32,000 nucleotides of DNA from Nonlabens ponticola (GCF_003966335.1 NZ_CP034549.1:1050001-1082000), one strand, 5' to 3'. Counted from the stretch's first letter, positions 1-10,141 are shown. Notes: generated by a model from the sequence alone, not told the origin. A program made the numbers and translations.

Positions 1-1
1 G

Positions 2-565
2 GTGGCGATGCAGCCAGCTGGCTACAGTGTGCAGCTCAATTCTTATAAGGACAGCAGTTTACAGGGCGATCGTGCACTGGTTGAGATATATGAGAAATTG
101 GGTGTGCAAACCACCTTTAATTTGACAGGAATCGTGCTCACGTGCATGACCGATTTTGAACCGCCGCACTATCTGGAATTTGATCTCACGTCACAACCTG
201 ATCAAGCGCAAACAATCTTTGCTACTTGTTTGGGGCTTGGTATCAATTTGAAAATGAAAGGTTTGCATACTCTTAGAATCAAAGAAACAGACCGTATAAA
301 GGCAATGGATGTTGTTGGGTCACGCTTTCGCGAAAGCAAAATTCTAACAACCACCGATACCATAGAAATAACATTCTCTCCAGATTCTAGCATTACACAA
401 GAGTTCATCGTGGACACCTACCAAGATCACCGTATGGCACTAGCCTTTGCACCACTATGCTGCAAGACGACCGTGATAATTAACGATGCAGATGTGGTTA
501 CTAAAAGCTATGGCGAGTATTATAAGGATCTGGCTGCCGTAAAGGTCGATATAACAGAAATTTAA
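2..565 (+). CDS. aroA: 3-phosphoshikimate 1-carboxyvinyltransferase (EPSP synthase), C-terminal fragment; the 5' end lies outside the window
   Basis: The ORF is open to the window edge. It has the C-terminal EPSP-synthase motifs LRIKETDRI and QDHRMALAFAPL. It carries palindrome copy 1, translated SRFRESK. Confidence 0.8.
   Translation: MAMQPAGYSVQLNSYKDSSLQGDRALVEIYEKLGVQTTFNLTGIVLTCMTDFEPPHYLEFDLTSQPDQAQTIFATCLGLGINLKMKGLHTLRIKETDRIKAMDVVGSRFRESKILTTTDTIEITFSPDSSITQEFIVDTYQDHRMALAFAPLCCKTTVIINDADVVTKSYGEYYKDLAAVKVDITEI
324..337. repeat. Iterated palindrome copy 1, GCTTTCGCGAAAGC
   Basis: Exact 14-mer inside aroA, read as CGC-TTT-CGC-GAA-AGC (RFRES). Confidence 0.97.
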
Positions 566-601
566 GCAGCGATTTACTTGACAACCCCTATGTCCAGATT
601 G

Positions 602-609
602 TATATTTG
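602..609 (+). promoter_or_regulatory. Bacteroidota-type -7 promoter box (TAnnTTTG) for queA
   Basis: TATATTTG, 25 nt before the ATG. Confidence 0.45.
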
Positions 610-633
610 CAACTCAAAAATTAAACGTATTTA

Positions 634-1686
634 ATGAAATTATCACAATTCGGTTACAAGCTCCCGGAAGAGTTTATCGCAAAATATCCAGCTGAAAATA
701 GGGATGAGTCAAAGCTGATGGTACTGCACAAGTCCACTGGTAAAATCGAGCACAAAGTCTTTAAGGACGTCATCGATTATTTTGACGAGAAAGACGTTTT
801 TGTGATGAATGATACCAAGGTTTTTCCTGCCAGATTATACGGTAACAAGGAGAAGACAGGTGCGCGTATTGAGGTGTTCCTTTTACGTGAATTGAACCCT
901 ACTACTAAGCTTTGGGACGTCTTAGTCGACCCAGCTAGAAAAATACGTATAGGTAATAAACTATACTTTGGCGAGGATGAGAGTCTGGTGGCTGAGGTTA
1001 TTGACAACACAACTTCAAGAGGTAGAACTTTACGTTTTTTATATGACGGTACTTATGAGGAGTTTAGAAAAAAGCTTAAGGATCTAGGTGAGACTCCATT
1101 ACCACGTGAGCTAGAACGTGAGGTAGAAGAATCAGATACTGAAAGATACCAGACCATTTATGCAGCAAATGAAGGAGCTGTCGCAGCGCCAGTTGCTGGA
1201 TTACACTTTTCTCGTCACTTATTGAAGCGACTAGAAATCAAAGGTGTCAATGTTGCTACGGTAACTATGCACATAGGCTTAGGAACTTTTGCTCCAGTTG
1301 AGGTTGAAGATCTTTCTAAGCACAAGATGGACAGCGAGCAAGCTTTTATTACAGAGCCTACGGTCGCGATGGTCAACGAGGCGATAGACAATAAGCGCAA
1401 CATTTGTGCGGTAGGTACGACTACCATGAGATCGCTTGAAAGTGCCGTAAGTAGTGACGGTCACTTGAATACGTACGAAGGCTGGACCAATAAATTTATC
1501 TTTCCGCCGTATGATTTCTCTATAGCAAATAGCATGATTACAAACTTTCACCATCCTAAATCTACTTTGATGATGCAGGCAGCTGCGTTTGCAGGTTATG
1601 ATTTCTTGAAGGAAGCTTATGATGTAGCGATGAAAGAGGGCTATAAGTTCAGTACGTATGGCGATGCTATGTTGATTTTAGAATAA
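634..1686 (+). CDS. queA: S-adenosylmethionine:tRNA ribosyltransferase-isomerase
   Basis: 350-aa ORF with a QueA-type N-terminus ([19 protein letters not shown]) and the C-terminal [11 protein letters not shown] motif. A TAnnTTTG box lies 25 nt upstream. Confidence 0.93.
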   Translation: MKLSQFGYKLPEEFIAKYPAENRDESKLMVLHKSTGKIEHKVFKDVIDYFDEKDVFVMNDTKVFPARLYGNKEKTGARIEVFLLRELNPTTKLWDVLVDPARKIRIGNKLYFGEDESLVAEVIDNTTSRGRTLRFLYDGTYEEFRKKLKDLGETPLPRELEREVEESDTERYQTIYAANEGAVAAPVAGLHFSRHLLKRLEIKGVNVATVTMHIGLGTFAPVEVEDLSKHKMDSEQAFITEPTVAMVNEAIDNKRNICAVGTTTMRSLESAVSSDGHLNTYEGWTNKFIFPPYDFSIANSMITNFHHPKSTLMMQAAAFAGYDFLKEAYDVAMKEGYKFSTYGDAMLILE

Positions 1687-1710
1687 TATTTTATATACAG
1701 TGATAGTTAG

Positions 1711-1740
1711 AACCCTTTATGCAATAGTATAAAGGGTTTT
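1711..1740 (+). terminator. Putative intrinsic terminator after queA
   Basis: 10-bp stem AACCCTTTAT / ATAAAGGGTT with an 8-nt loop, followed by a short T run. It lies 25 nt after the stop. Confidence 0.5.
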
Positions 1741-1784
1741 ACGATTGCTTATTGTACCTTAACGTTCCCTATCTTCCTATAATT

Positions 1785-3491
1785 ATGAAGTTTGTATCCC
1801 TAATATTTGTATTTGCTGTAATCGCAAGCCTACGCGTACAAGCACAGGTAACTAATGAGGTAACGCCACCTAGCTGGTCATTAACTGCAAAAAGTGAGGT
1901 TGCACCAATTGTTCTTCCTGCGATAGACGTGGATAAATTGTTGTTGGAAGATGAACAATCTTCAAATAATATCGCAAAGCCGTTACGTATAGGTGAGGCG
2001 ATAGAGGTGAATATTGATTTATACAATGCTGGTGCATGGACCGTTCTAGAAAATGGCGATCGCATCTGGAGACAATCCATAGTTTCTCGCGGTGCGAAGT
2101 TCATGAAGGCAACACTTGATTTATATAGCTTACCTCAAGGCGCAGAATTATTTTTATACAACGACAGTCGTACTGATAAAATAGGGCCTTATACAGCTAG
2201 AGAAAATCAAGAAAACGGCGTGCTGGGAACCTGGATCGTTGAAGGAGATCATCTATGGATTGAATATTATGAGCCTGCAGCGGTTAGTGGTTTTGGTAGG
2301 GTTTCCATTGACGCCATCACTCACGGCTATGTAGAATTGCCTAAGCAAGAAAATTTTGGTAAGCTTAATGAATCTGGTAATTGTAATGTCGATGTATTAT
2401 GTGACCCTAATGCTGGATCAACAGGTGATAAAGATTGGGATGACGCACGAGATAAGTATATTAATAGTGTAGCGCGTATCATCTATAATTTGAATGGTAG
2501 CACTTTTACCTGCACAGGTTCTATGATTGCCAATACCGGTGATGACACCACACCTTATTTCTTAACGGCAAATCACTGTCTTGGTGATGTAAACAATGGT
2601 GCAGGAAGCAGCTATGATGCTTCTGATTGGGCATTTGGTTTTCAATGGTTTACAAATACGCCCGATTGTGCGACCACGGCACCAACACAAGGACCGCAAC
2701 AACCTACTCGAGTGTTGACTGGTGCGGCACTCAAGGCAAACAATGACAATAGCGATATGGCTCTTTTTCTATTATCGCAAGAGCCAGAAGAAGATTGGAA
2801 TATTTTTTATGCCGGTTGGGACCACAGCGGTGATGTGCCACAAGAGCAATTGGGAATACATCATCCAGGATTTGACATTATGAAACTAGCGAGGAATGAT
2901 CAACCTGCTGAATCTGTTTTGCTCAACTTTAATGGAAACTCGAGAACACAAGTCTGGCAAATCGCCGATTGGGATTATGGAGTGACCGAAGGTGGCTCTT
3001 CTGGAAGTTTTATTCTCAATGAAAACGATCAAATAGTAGGTCAATTAGCAGGTGGGTTTGCGGCATGTTCAGGTACAAATGATAATAATGATGCAGACTT
3101 TTACGGTAAGTTTGATGTGAGTTGGGATTTTGGTAGTCGATCCTCTCAACGTCTTAGAGATTGGCTGGATCCAGAAGATACAGGAGTTGAGGCGCTAGAT
3201 GGTTCTTTCTTTAAGGATTTAGAGGACGAGATGCAACCACCGCCGCCGCCGCCACCAAATCCTGAATTTGACATTTTTGTATTTCCTAACCCTTCATCAG
3301 GTAGGTATTTTGTCGTGAGTGAAGAGCCTACTACCTACGAGATATTCAACCTCAATGGTCAACTTATCGTTGAAGGAAGTACCAATGATTTGAATGACGT
3401 CATCGACATCTCCTACGCGGCCAAAGGTATTTACATCGCAAGAGTAAAGAATGCTGGTAACACTATAGTTCGCAAATTAATCAAGCAGTAG
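1785..3491 (+). CDS. Secreted trypsin-fold (S1, lysyl/glutamyl-endopeptidase-like) serine protease with a T9SS C-terminal sorting domain
   Basis: The signal peptide MKFVSLIFVFAVIASLRVQAQ starts at ATG 1785; the track ORF starts at an upstream TTG at 1752. Catalytic His context is LTANHC and catalytic Ser context is GGSSGS. A PPPPPPPNP linker is followed by a C-terminal FVFPNPSSG...GIYIARV...KLIKQ tail typical of Por/T9SS sorting domains. Confidence 0.75.
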   Translation: MKFVSLIFVFAVIASLRVQAQVTNEVTPPSWSLTAKSEVAPIVLPAIDVDKLLLEDEQSSNNIAKPLRIGEAIEVNIDLYNAGAWTVLENGDRIWRQSIVSRGAKFMKATLDLYSLPQGAELFLYNDSRTDKIGPYTARENQENGVLGTWIVEGDHLWIEYYEPAAVSGFGRVSIDAITHGYVELPKQENFGKLNESGNCNVDVLCDPNAGSTGDKDWDDARDKYINSVARIIYNLNGSTFTCTGSMIANTGDDTTPYFLTANHCLGDVNNGAGSSYDASDWAFGFQWFTNTPDCATTAPTQGPQQPTRVLTGAALKANNDNSDMALFLLSQEPEEDWNIFYAGWDHSGDVPQEQLGIHHPGFDIMKLARNDQPAESVLLNFNGNSRTQVWQIADWDYGVTEGGSSGSFILNENDQIVGQLAGGFAACSGTNDNNDADFYGKFDVSWDFGSRSSQRLRDWLDPEDTGVEALDGSFFKDLEDEMQPPPPPPPNPEFDIFVFPNPSSGRYFVVSEEPTTYEIFNLNGQLIVEGSTNDLNDVIDISYAAKGIYIARVKNAGNTIVRKLIKQ

Positions 3492-3514
3492 TACGCTGCT
3501 TATTCCTTCAAGGA

Positions 3515-4570
3515 ATGACACCTATGACCAAAACGGATAAAAAGGACATACGAGCATTAACCCTTGAAGAGTTACGCGATTATTTCGTGTCAAATGGTGA
3601 GAAAGCCTTTCGTGGTAATCAGGTATATGAATGGTTGTGGAAAAAAGGTGCGCACACCTTTGATGACATGACTAACTTGTCCAAAAACACTCGAGCATTT
3701 CTCGATGAGCATTTTGTCATCAATCATATACGCGTTGATGACATGCAACGCAGTCAAGATGGTACGATAAAAAATGCCGTCAAGTTGCATGATGGTCTTA
3801 CGGTAGAATCTGTTCTTATTCCTACGGCAACTCGTACTACGGCATGTGTTTCCTCACAAGTGGGCTGTAGTCTCAATTGCGAATTTTGCGCTACGGCAAG
3901 ACTCAAACGCATGCGTAATCTCAATCCAGATGAAATCTACGATCAAGTGGTAGCTATTGATCAGCAAAGTAGGCTGTATCACAATATACCTTTATCCAAT
4001 ATCGTATTCATGGGAATGGGCGAGCCGCTCATGAATTACAAAAATGTGATCAAGTCAATTGACAAGATTACTGGTGATGACGGTCTTGCCATGTCGCCCA
4101 AACGCATCACCTTATCTACTAGTGGTGTGCCCAAGATGATAAAAAAACTAGCAGACGAGCGACCTAAATTTAATCTCGCTTTGAGCTTGCATAGTGCCAT
4201 TGATGAGAAACGAGTCAAGATCATGCCGTTCAATGAGCAGTTTCCGCTAGATGACATTAAGGATGCGCTCAAATATTGGTACGATAAAACAGGCACTAGA
4301 GTTACATATGAGTACGTAGTATGGAAAGGTATCAACGACACAAGAGAAGACGTGGATGCCTTAATCCAATTTTGCAAAGTGATTCCTTGTAAGGTGAACA
4401 TCATTGAGTACAATTCAATCGACGATGCACGATTTGAGCAAGCAGCGCCGCAGGCTATTGATATGTATCAAACAGCACTTGAAAATGCTCGTATAGTAGT
4501 CAATGTACGTCGCAGTCGCGGTAAGGATATTGATGCGGCATGTGGGCAGCTAGCCAATAAATCGTCCTAG
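3515..4570 (+). CDS. rlmN: 23S rRNA/tRNA (adenine-C2)-methyltransferase, radical SAM
   Basis: Radical-SAM cluster motif CSLNCEFC and C-terminal DIDAACGQL. The length (351 aa) and overall layout fit the RlmN/Cfr family. Confidence 0.93.
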   Translation: MTPMTKTDKKDIRALTLEELRDYFVSNGEKAFRGNQVYEWLWKKGAHTFDDMTNLSKNTRAFLDEHFVINHIRVDDMQRSQDGTIKNAVKLHDGLTVESVLIPTATRTTACVSSQVGCSLNCEFCATARLKRMRNLNPDEIYDQVVAIDQQSRLYHNIPLSNIVFMGMGEPLMNYKNVIKSIDKITGDDGLAMSPKRITLSTSGVPKMIKKLADERPKFNLALSLHSAIDEKRVKIMPFNEQFPLDDIKDALKYWYDKTGTRVTYEYVVWKGINDTREDVDALIQFCKVIPCKVNIIEYNSIDDARFEQAAPQAIDMYQTALENARIVVNVRRSRGKDIDAACGQLANKSS

Positions 4571-4586
4571 ATAGAGTTGGACGATA

Positions 4587-4604
4587 ACGCTTTCGCGAAA
4601 GCGT
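4587..4604. repeat. Iterated palindrome copy 2, extended to the 18-nt ACGCTTTCGCGAAAGCGT
   Basis: Exact palindrome in intergenic DNA, starting 17 nt after the rlmN stop. Confidence 0.97.
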
Positions 4605-4725
4605 GCAATCTGAACTCACCTTGACCTGTTAGAATATTCCCTAGGATATTCAAAAACATTTCAGGACGCTTATCTTTACCACTATCAAAGTAGTCGAGCA
4701 AATAAAACAGCCCATCGCTCACGAG

Positions 4726-5661
4726 ATGGAATTATTTGAAGAGAAATTCCGTCTCTCGATGGCATCTCGCATTGCACTACTTAATCGTATCACCTATTTC
4801 ATTGTCAACCGTAAGGGCAAGCAAATGCGTCCCATGTTCGTGTTTTTGGTGGCCAAAATGATAGGCGATGGACAGGTAAATGATCGCACCTATCGCGGCG
4901 CATCAGTCATTGAATTGATACACACCGCAACACTAGTTCATGACGACGTGGTAGATGATAGTTTAAAACGTCGTGGGTTTTTTAGTGTCAATTCACTTTG
5001 GAAAAACAAGATTGCCGTGCTTGTAGGTGACTACCTACTATCCAAGGGTTTATTGTTAAGTATTGATAACAAGGATTTTGATCTACTCCAGATTATCAGC
5101 GTCGCCGTGCGCGAGATGAGTGAAGGTGAATTGCTACAAATAGAAAAAGCACGACGCCTTGATATTACAGAGGATGTTTATTACGATATCATTCGCAAGA
5201 AAACAGCAACCCTTATCGCTGCCTGTTGCAGTCTAGGAGCCGCTGCGGTATCTCCAGAAAGTGATGATGTAGAGAAGATGCGAGAATTTGGCGAGCTCAT
5301 AGGCATTGCCTTCCAGATAAAGGATGATCTCTTTGATTATGGTAACCAGCGCATAGGTAAACCTACCGGTATCGACATCAAGGAACAAAAAATGACCTTG
5401 CCGCTAATTCATACACTCAACACGGTGAGCAATAAGGATAAACGCTGGTTGATCAATAGTGTCAAGCGCCACAATCGCGATAAAAAACGCGTGAGAGAAG
5501 TGATTGATTTTGTCAAGAATCATGGCGGCCTTGAATATGCCGTAGAGGTCATGATGGACTACAAGACTCGCGCTTTGGCTATTCTAGATACCTATCCAGA
5601 GTCAGAGTACAAGACCAGTCTTCATACGATGGTCGAGTATGTGATTGATCGTGATAAGTAG
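4726..5661 (+). CDS. Long-chain trans-polyprenyl diphosphate synthase (IspB-like)
   Basis: Aspartate-rich motifs LVHDDVVDD (FARM) and FQIKDDLFDY (SARM). The coordinates use the first ATG, but the conserved N-terminal helix continues in frame upstream with no canonical start codon (see finding). Confidence 0.85.
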   Translation: MELFEEKFRLSMASRIALLNRITYFIVNRKGKQMRPMFVFLVAKMIGDGQVNDRTYRGASVIELIHTATLVHDDVVDDSLKRRGFFSVNSLWKNKIAVLVGDYLLSKGLLLSIDNKDFDLLQIISVAVREMSEGELLQIEKARRLDITEDVYYDIIRKKTATLIAACCSLGAAAVSPESDDVEKMREFGELIGIAFQIKDDLFDYGNQRIGKPTGIDIKEQKMTLPLIHTLNTVSNKDKRWLINSVKRHNRDKKRVREVIDFVKNHGGLEYAVEVMMDYKTRALAILDTYPESEYKTSLHTMVEYVIDRDK

Positions 5662-5680
5662 AGAGGTTTGTTGGGTGTTA

Positions 5681-5694
5681 GCTTTCGCGAAAGC
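5681..5694. repeat. Iterated palindrome copy 3, GCTTTCGCGAAAGC
   Basis: Exact 14-mer in intergenic DNA, 20 nt after the polyprenyl synthase stop. Confidence 0.97.
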
Positions 5695-5775
5695 AAAATC
5701 ATAGCCATCCTATCAACAAATCACGAGCTTCATCATTTCTAACAAAATATAACAAAAGTTGCCCGCTTAAAAAAG

Positions 5776-5783
5776 TACCTTTG
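5776..5783 (+). promoter_or_regulatory. -7 box (TAnnTTTG) for der
   Basis: TACCTTTG, 20 nt before the ATG. Confidence 0.45.
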
Positions 5784-5802
5784 TGTACGCAAAACCAGCA
5801 GC

Positions 5803-7107
5803 ATGAGTATAGTAGCGATTGTAGGACGTCCCAATACGGGAAAATCAACCCTTTTTAATAGACTAATCAAACGTCGTGAGGCGATAACTGATGCTGTGAG
5901 CGGTGTGACGCGTGATCGCCATTATGGTAAGAGCGACTGGAACGGTCGTGATTTTTCAGTTATAGATACTGGTGGTTATGCAGTAGGTAGTGACGACGAG
6001 TTTGAAGAAGAAATCGACAAGCAAGTAGAGCTTGCCATCGATGAAGCAGATGTGATCATGTTCATGGTAGATGCTGCAGATGGTATCACGCTAGAGGATG
6101 AAACCGTCGCGCAATTATTGCGCAAGATTGAGAAGCCAGTGATGCTGGTAGTTAATAAGGTCGATAACAATGCGCGCGAGCAAGATGCTTATGAATTTTA
6201 TAACCTAGGACTAGGTGATTATTATTCCATATCCAGTATCAATGGTAGCGGCACAGGTGATCTTCTAGATGCGCTAGTTGAATTGTTACCGGAACCTCGC
6301 GAAGAGGTTGAGGTGGATCTACCCAGATTTGCAGTTGTAGGAAGACCTAACGCTGGTAAATCATCATTTATCAACGCACTCATAGGTGAAGAGCGATATA
6401 TCGTGACAGATATTGCTGGAACAACTCGCGATAGTATTGATACCAAGTACAACCGTTTTGGTTTTGAGTTCAATCTTGTGGATACCGCAGGAATACGCCG
6501 CAAGAAAAAAGTAAAAGAAGATCTAGAATTTTACAGTGTGATGCGCAGCGTTAGAGCTATTGAGCATTGTGATGTATGTCTTGTGGTGCTAGATGCTACT
6601 CGTGGATTTGATGGACAGGTGCAAAACATCTTTTGGCTAGCAGAGCGCAACCGAAAGGGAATCGTCATATTGGTCAACAAATGGGATCTCGTCGAGAACA
6701 AGGATACCAATACCGTGCGCGATTATGAACGCCGCATACGAGAAGAGATGCAGCCATTTACTGATGTGCCTATCGTCTTTATAAGCGTACTTAACAAGCA
6801 ACGTATTTTCAAGGCTATTGAAACGGCCGTTGAGGTTTATAAAAACCGCAGCAAACGCATCAAGACCAGCCAGCTCAATGAGACCTTGCTGCCTATCATA
6901 GAGAATACGCCGCCGCCATCATTGAAAGGTAAATTTGTCAAGATCAAGTTCATCACTCAATTACCTACACCACAACCACAATTTGCGTTCTTCTGTAACT
7001 TACCACAGTATGTGCGTGAGCCTTACAAGCGATTTTTAGAAAATAAACTGCGTGAGAAGTTTGATTTTACTGGTGTTCCCGTGAGTGTTTATATGAGAAA
7101 GAAATAA
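5803..7107 (+). CDS. der: Ribosome-associated GTPase Der/EngA
   Basis: Two tandem GTPase domains with P-loops GRPNTGKS and GRPNAGKS, plus NKVD/NKWD motifs and a C-terminal KH-like domain. A TACCTTTG box lies 20 nt upstream. Confidence 0.95.
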   Translation: MSIVAIVGRPNTGKSTLFNRLIKRREAITDAVSGVTRDRHYGKSDWNGRDFSVIDTGGYAVGSDDEFEEEIDKQVELAIDEADVIMFMVDAADGITLEDETVAQLLRKIEKPVMLVVNKVDNNAREQDAYEFYNLGLGDYYSISSINGSGTGDLLDALVELLPEPREEVEVDLPRFAVVGRPNAGKSSFINALIGEERYIVTDIAGTTRDSIDTKYNRFGFEFNLVDTAGIRRKKKVKEDLEFYSVMRSVRAIEHCDVCLVVLDATRGFDGQVQNIFWLAERNRKGIVILVNKWDLVENKDTNTVRDYERRIREEMQPFTDVPIVFISVLNKQRIFKAIETAVEVYKNRSKRIKTSQLNETLLPIIENTPPPSLKGKFVKIKFITQLPTPQPQFAFFCNLPQYVREPYKRFLENKLREKFDFTGVPVSVYMRKK

Positions 7108-7150
7108 TACTTTCTTATTTTTAACGTTTCTTACACAGACCAACCAATCT

Positions 7151-9922
7151 ATGAGAAACGTTTTTTTATGCGTCGCTGTTCTTTGCAGCTTCATTTCCTA
7201 TGCACAGCAGTTTGATATTTATGGAACTGTTACTGACAGTCTTACAAAACAACCATTGGCAAGCGCAACTGTTTTTTTAGAAACTATTCAAGATAGTACT
7301 CTAATAACCTACAGCATCACAAATGCAGATGGCCAATTTAGTCTCAAAGGAAATACAGATAATCAACGACTTAATTTCTTTATCAATTATCAGGGATTTA
7401 AAGATGTTTCTCGCATCATTAATTTGAATGGCGATTCAAGAGAAATTGATCTAGGAAATATTCAGTTGGTAGCAGATTTACAATCACTAGACGATGTTGT
7501 CGTGACCGCTCGAGTCGCACCTATAAAAGTGATGTCCGATACGCTAGAATTCAATGCAAAGTCTTTCAATACAAAAGCTGATGCAACGTTAGAAGATGTG
7601 CTCAAAGAATTGCCTGGAGTCGAGATAGATTCTGAAGGAAAAATTACCGTCAACGGTAAGCCCGTAAATAAGCTGCTAGTAGATGGAAAGGAATTTTTTG
7701 GTGATGATCCACAAGTTGCTTTAAAGAATTTACCTAAAGAAATTATAGATAAAATCCAGGTAAGCAATTCAAAAAGTGAAGAAGACAAAATTACCGGCGA
7801 TTCTGGTGACGCCTCAAGCAGTGAGATTAATATTACTCTTGAAGAAGGAAAGAATAAAGGCTTTTTTTCACGTCTTACCGCAGGTGCAGGAACAGATGAT
7901 CGCTATTCCACAAGTGGTATCGCAAATTACTTTAAGGACGACTTCAGGTTGACCGTCTTGGGTAGTGCCAATAATATAAATAGTCCTGGATTCACGTATG
8001 ACGAGATATATGATGCGCTAGGATCTCAAGTCTATACGGCTACTAGAAGCTCTAATGGTAGCTTTGGGATCAATGGTATCAACTTTGGCTCAGGATCTGA
8101 TGGAATTACTGAGAGTAGCACAGGTGGTTTTAATGTAAGCAATGACTTTGGTGAGAATGTAGAAACATCTGGTAATTATTTATACGGCCGTACCAATAAC
8201 TTTAATGAGACCAGTAGCATACGCACGACGTTTTTACCAGACAGGACTTTTACCACGATTTCAAACTCTGATAGTAATAACGATAGCGACACTCACAACT
8301 ATTCTGCTAATGCCCGTATCAAACCAGATACATTGACCACGATCAGTATCAATACCAACGGTAGTTATGGATCGTCAGATAATAATAGGAATAGCTCTTC
8401 TATAAATCAGGATCAAAATGGAGAAGTGATCAATAGTGTCATCACAACAAGCAATGCTGATAGATTCAATGTCACTAATAATAGTTCTCTATACGCAGGT
8501 CGTGGTAGTATCAATAAAAAACATTTTTATAGTCTTAATTTGGATCTAGATTATAACGATCTAGAGGAGACAGATCTTTTCTTTTCTTCTCGTACTTCAG
8601 GTAACGATGCCTCAGATGTAGATATTCAAGATCAACGCATTGAAATTGACAACCTAAGCACCAACATTCGAGCTACACCAAGATATCGTTACAAATTTAG
8701 TGAGGCATGGAGCACCACGGTAGATTATCGCATAGGTTATGAAAGAGAGGAAAATGAAAGACAAGTCTTTGATCAGGAATCTGGCTCATCAATATCAAAT
8801 AATAGCTTGAGTAGTGACTTTAGAATAAATAGTCTTACCCAACGACCTACAATTAATCTTTCCTACCGTAAAGATGATAGAAGAATCTCTGCAGGAATAG
8901 GCTATTTCTTCACAAATTTAGACAGCGAAGAATTAGTTAACGACATAGAATTTGATCGTGATTTTAATGCAGTTTATACAGATATTACTTACTATGAAAA
9001 ACTAGGAGAGTTCGCAAGTATCTGGCTCAACGTTGATAACAACCTTCAAATACCTGGTATAAGACAGTTGCAGCCTGTAGAAGACAGGACCAATCCTTTA
9101 AATATCGTGACTGGTAATCCTAATCTAGAAGCCAGTCTGATCACCAATTTTAATCTCAATGTGAATAATTTCAATTGGCAGGAGCGTCAGGGCTGGTTTG
9201 CTGGTATTAATTTTTCAACCACACAGGACGCCGTTAGAGCCATCACGGTTACTGACGATGACTTGATACGCCGCACTACCTATACAAATGTGGATGGTAA
9301 TTTTAATGGTTATGCCTATTTTGACTACCGCAAGTCATGGAAAAAAGACGAGCGCACCTGGAAAGCTGGTGCAGGAATCAGTACATCTTTCAATCGCAAT
9401 AGATCGTTTACTAATGGAGTCTTGTTTACCAGTGACAGGACATCTTTTAGGCCTGATTTTCAATTAAGCTATGAGCTGGATGACTTCATAGATGTAGAGG
9501 TAGATTACAGTATTGGATTCAATAATACTAGATACGATCTTTCTTCTATTGAAGATATTGAGTTTATAAATCATCAAGCTGGTATCGACTTCAAGCTGTA
9601 CTATCCTAAGGATTGGACGCTGGCCATTCGCGGTGAGTACAATCTTTTTGGCAATGTAGATCCTAGTTTTGACAACGACAGTTTTGTGGTAATCGGTAGC
9701 TTGGGATACACCTTTGCAAAAGAGAAAGCAATCATCAGTCTCAAGGCCTATGACTTGTTCAATCAGGTTATAAATACGCGTCGAGTGGCGTCAGATGACT
9801 TTGTTCTAGACAGCAGCAATCTCGCTTTGCAGCAATATTTCCTACTCAGTTTTACTTACAAGCTGTCAAAGTTTGGCGGTAAAGGAAAAAGGGAGCAAGG
9901 TGGTGTTATTTTCCTTGATTAG
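7151..9922 (+). CDS. Outer-membrane beta-barrel protein with an N-terminal carboxypeptidase-regulatory-like domain (TonB-dependent-receptor-like)
   Basis: Signal peptide ending SYAQQ, a CarboxypepD_reg-like segment (YGTVTDSLTKQPLASATVFL) and a plug-like segment (LEDVLKELPGVEID..ITVNGK). A long Ser/Asn/Thr-rich region of alternating beta-strand character follows. 923 aa. Confidence 0.7.
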   Translation: MRNVFLCVAVLCSFISYAQQFDIYGTVTDSLTKQPLASATVFLETIQDSTLITYSITNADGQFSLKGNTDNQRLNFFINYQGFKDVSRIINLNGDSREIDLGNIQLVADLQSLDDVVVTARVAPIKVMSDTLEFNAKSFNTKADATLEDVLKELPGVEIDSEGKITVNGKPVNKLLVDGKEFFGDDPQVALKNLPKEIIDKIQVSNSKSEEDKITGDSGDASSSEINITLEEGKNKGFFSRLTAGAGTDDRYSTSGIANYFKDDFRLTVLGSANNINSPGFTYDEIYDALGSQVYTATRSSNGSFGINGINFGSGSDGITESSTGGFNVSNDFGENVETSGNYLYGRTNNFNETSSIRTTFLPDRTFTTISNSDSNNDSDTHNYSANARIKPDTLTTISINTNGSYGSSDNNRNSSSINQDQNGEVINSVITTSNADRFNVTNNSSLYAGRGSINKKHFYSLNLDLDYNDLEETDLFFSSRTSGNDASDVDIQDQRIEIDNLSTNIRATPRYRYKFSEAWSTTVDYRIGYEREENERQVFDQESGSSISNNSLSSDFRINSLTQRPTINLSYRKDDRRISAGIGYFFTNLDSEELVNDIEFDRDFNAVYTDITYYEKLGEFASIWLNVDNNLQIPGIRQLQPVEDRTNPLNIVTGNPNLEASLITNFNLNVNNFNWQERQGWFAGINFSTTQDAVRAITVTDDDLIRRTTYTNVDGNFNGYAYFDYRKSWKKDERTWKAGAGISTSFNRNRSFTNGVLFTSDRTSFRPDFQLSYELDDFIDVEVDYSIGFNNTRYDLSSIEDIEFINHQAGIDFKLYYPKDWTLAIRGEYNLFGNVDPSFDNDSFVVIGSLGYTFAKEKAIISLKAYDLFNQVINTRRVASDDFVLDSSNLALQQYFLLSFTYKLSKFGGKGKREQGGVIFLD

Positions 9923-9962
9923 TGAGATGTGATAGCTTTTCAACGGTGTTATGTTTGTGATA

Positions 9963-9986
9963 ATTACGCTTTCGCGAAAGCGTAAT
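9963..9986. repeat. Iterated palindrome copy 4, extended to the 24-nt ATTACGCTTTCGCGAAAGCGTAAT
   Basis: Exact 24-nt palindrome in intergenic DNA, 41 nt after the OM beta-barrel gene stop. Confidence 0.97.
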
Positions 9987-10141
9987 CCAGAATAGATCTA
10001 GTGCAAGCCAAAAGCGCGCTAGATCGTCATTGATCTGTTGCTTTTTTCCTTAGGTATGATACTTTATTCCTGACTTGAAGTGGTAAATCCTACGTTATCA
10101 AAGGATTAGTGTACATTGAATAAAATCCTTAATTCAATGAC

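Noticed and set aside
1752-1784. N-terminal extensions offered by the ORF track (TTG 1752 for the protease, 29446 for the lipoprotein, 26998 for the GHMP kinase)
   Set aside because: In each case an internal ATG gives a canonical signal peptide or lipobox, or removes a 20-nt overlap. For 29446, a -7 promoter box also lies inside the extension.
2056-2063. Cyanobacterial-type HIP1 octamer GCGATCGC (also at 15962-15969)
   Set aside because: There are only two copies in 32 kb, which is within chance expectation for an 8-mer. It is not the iterated word in this genome.
3240-3251. (CCG)4 triplet run encoding the poly-proline linker of the T9SS protease
   Set aside because: It is short, in frame and typical of Pro-rich linkers before T9SS C-terminal domains. 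The window gives no evidence of phase variation.
9995-10048. Imperfect hairpin GATCTAGTGC-N10-GCGCTAGATC, followed 16 nt later by CTTTTTT, after the OM beta-barrel gene
   Set aside because: The stem has a mismatch and the T-run is separated from it, so this is at best a weak terminator. It is not reported as a feature.
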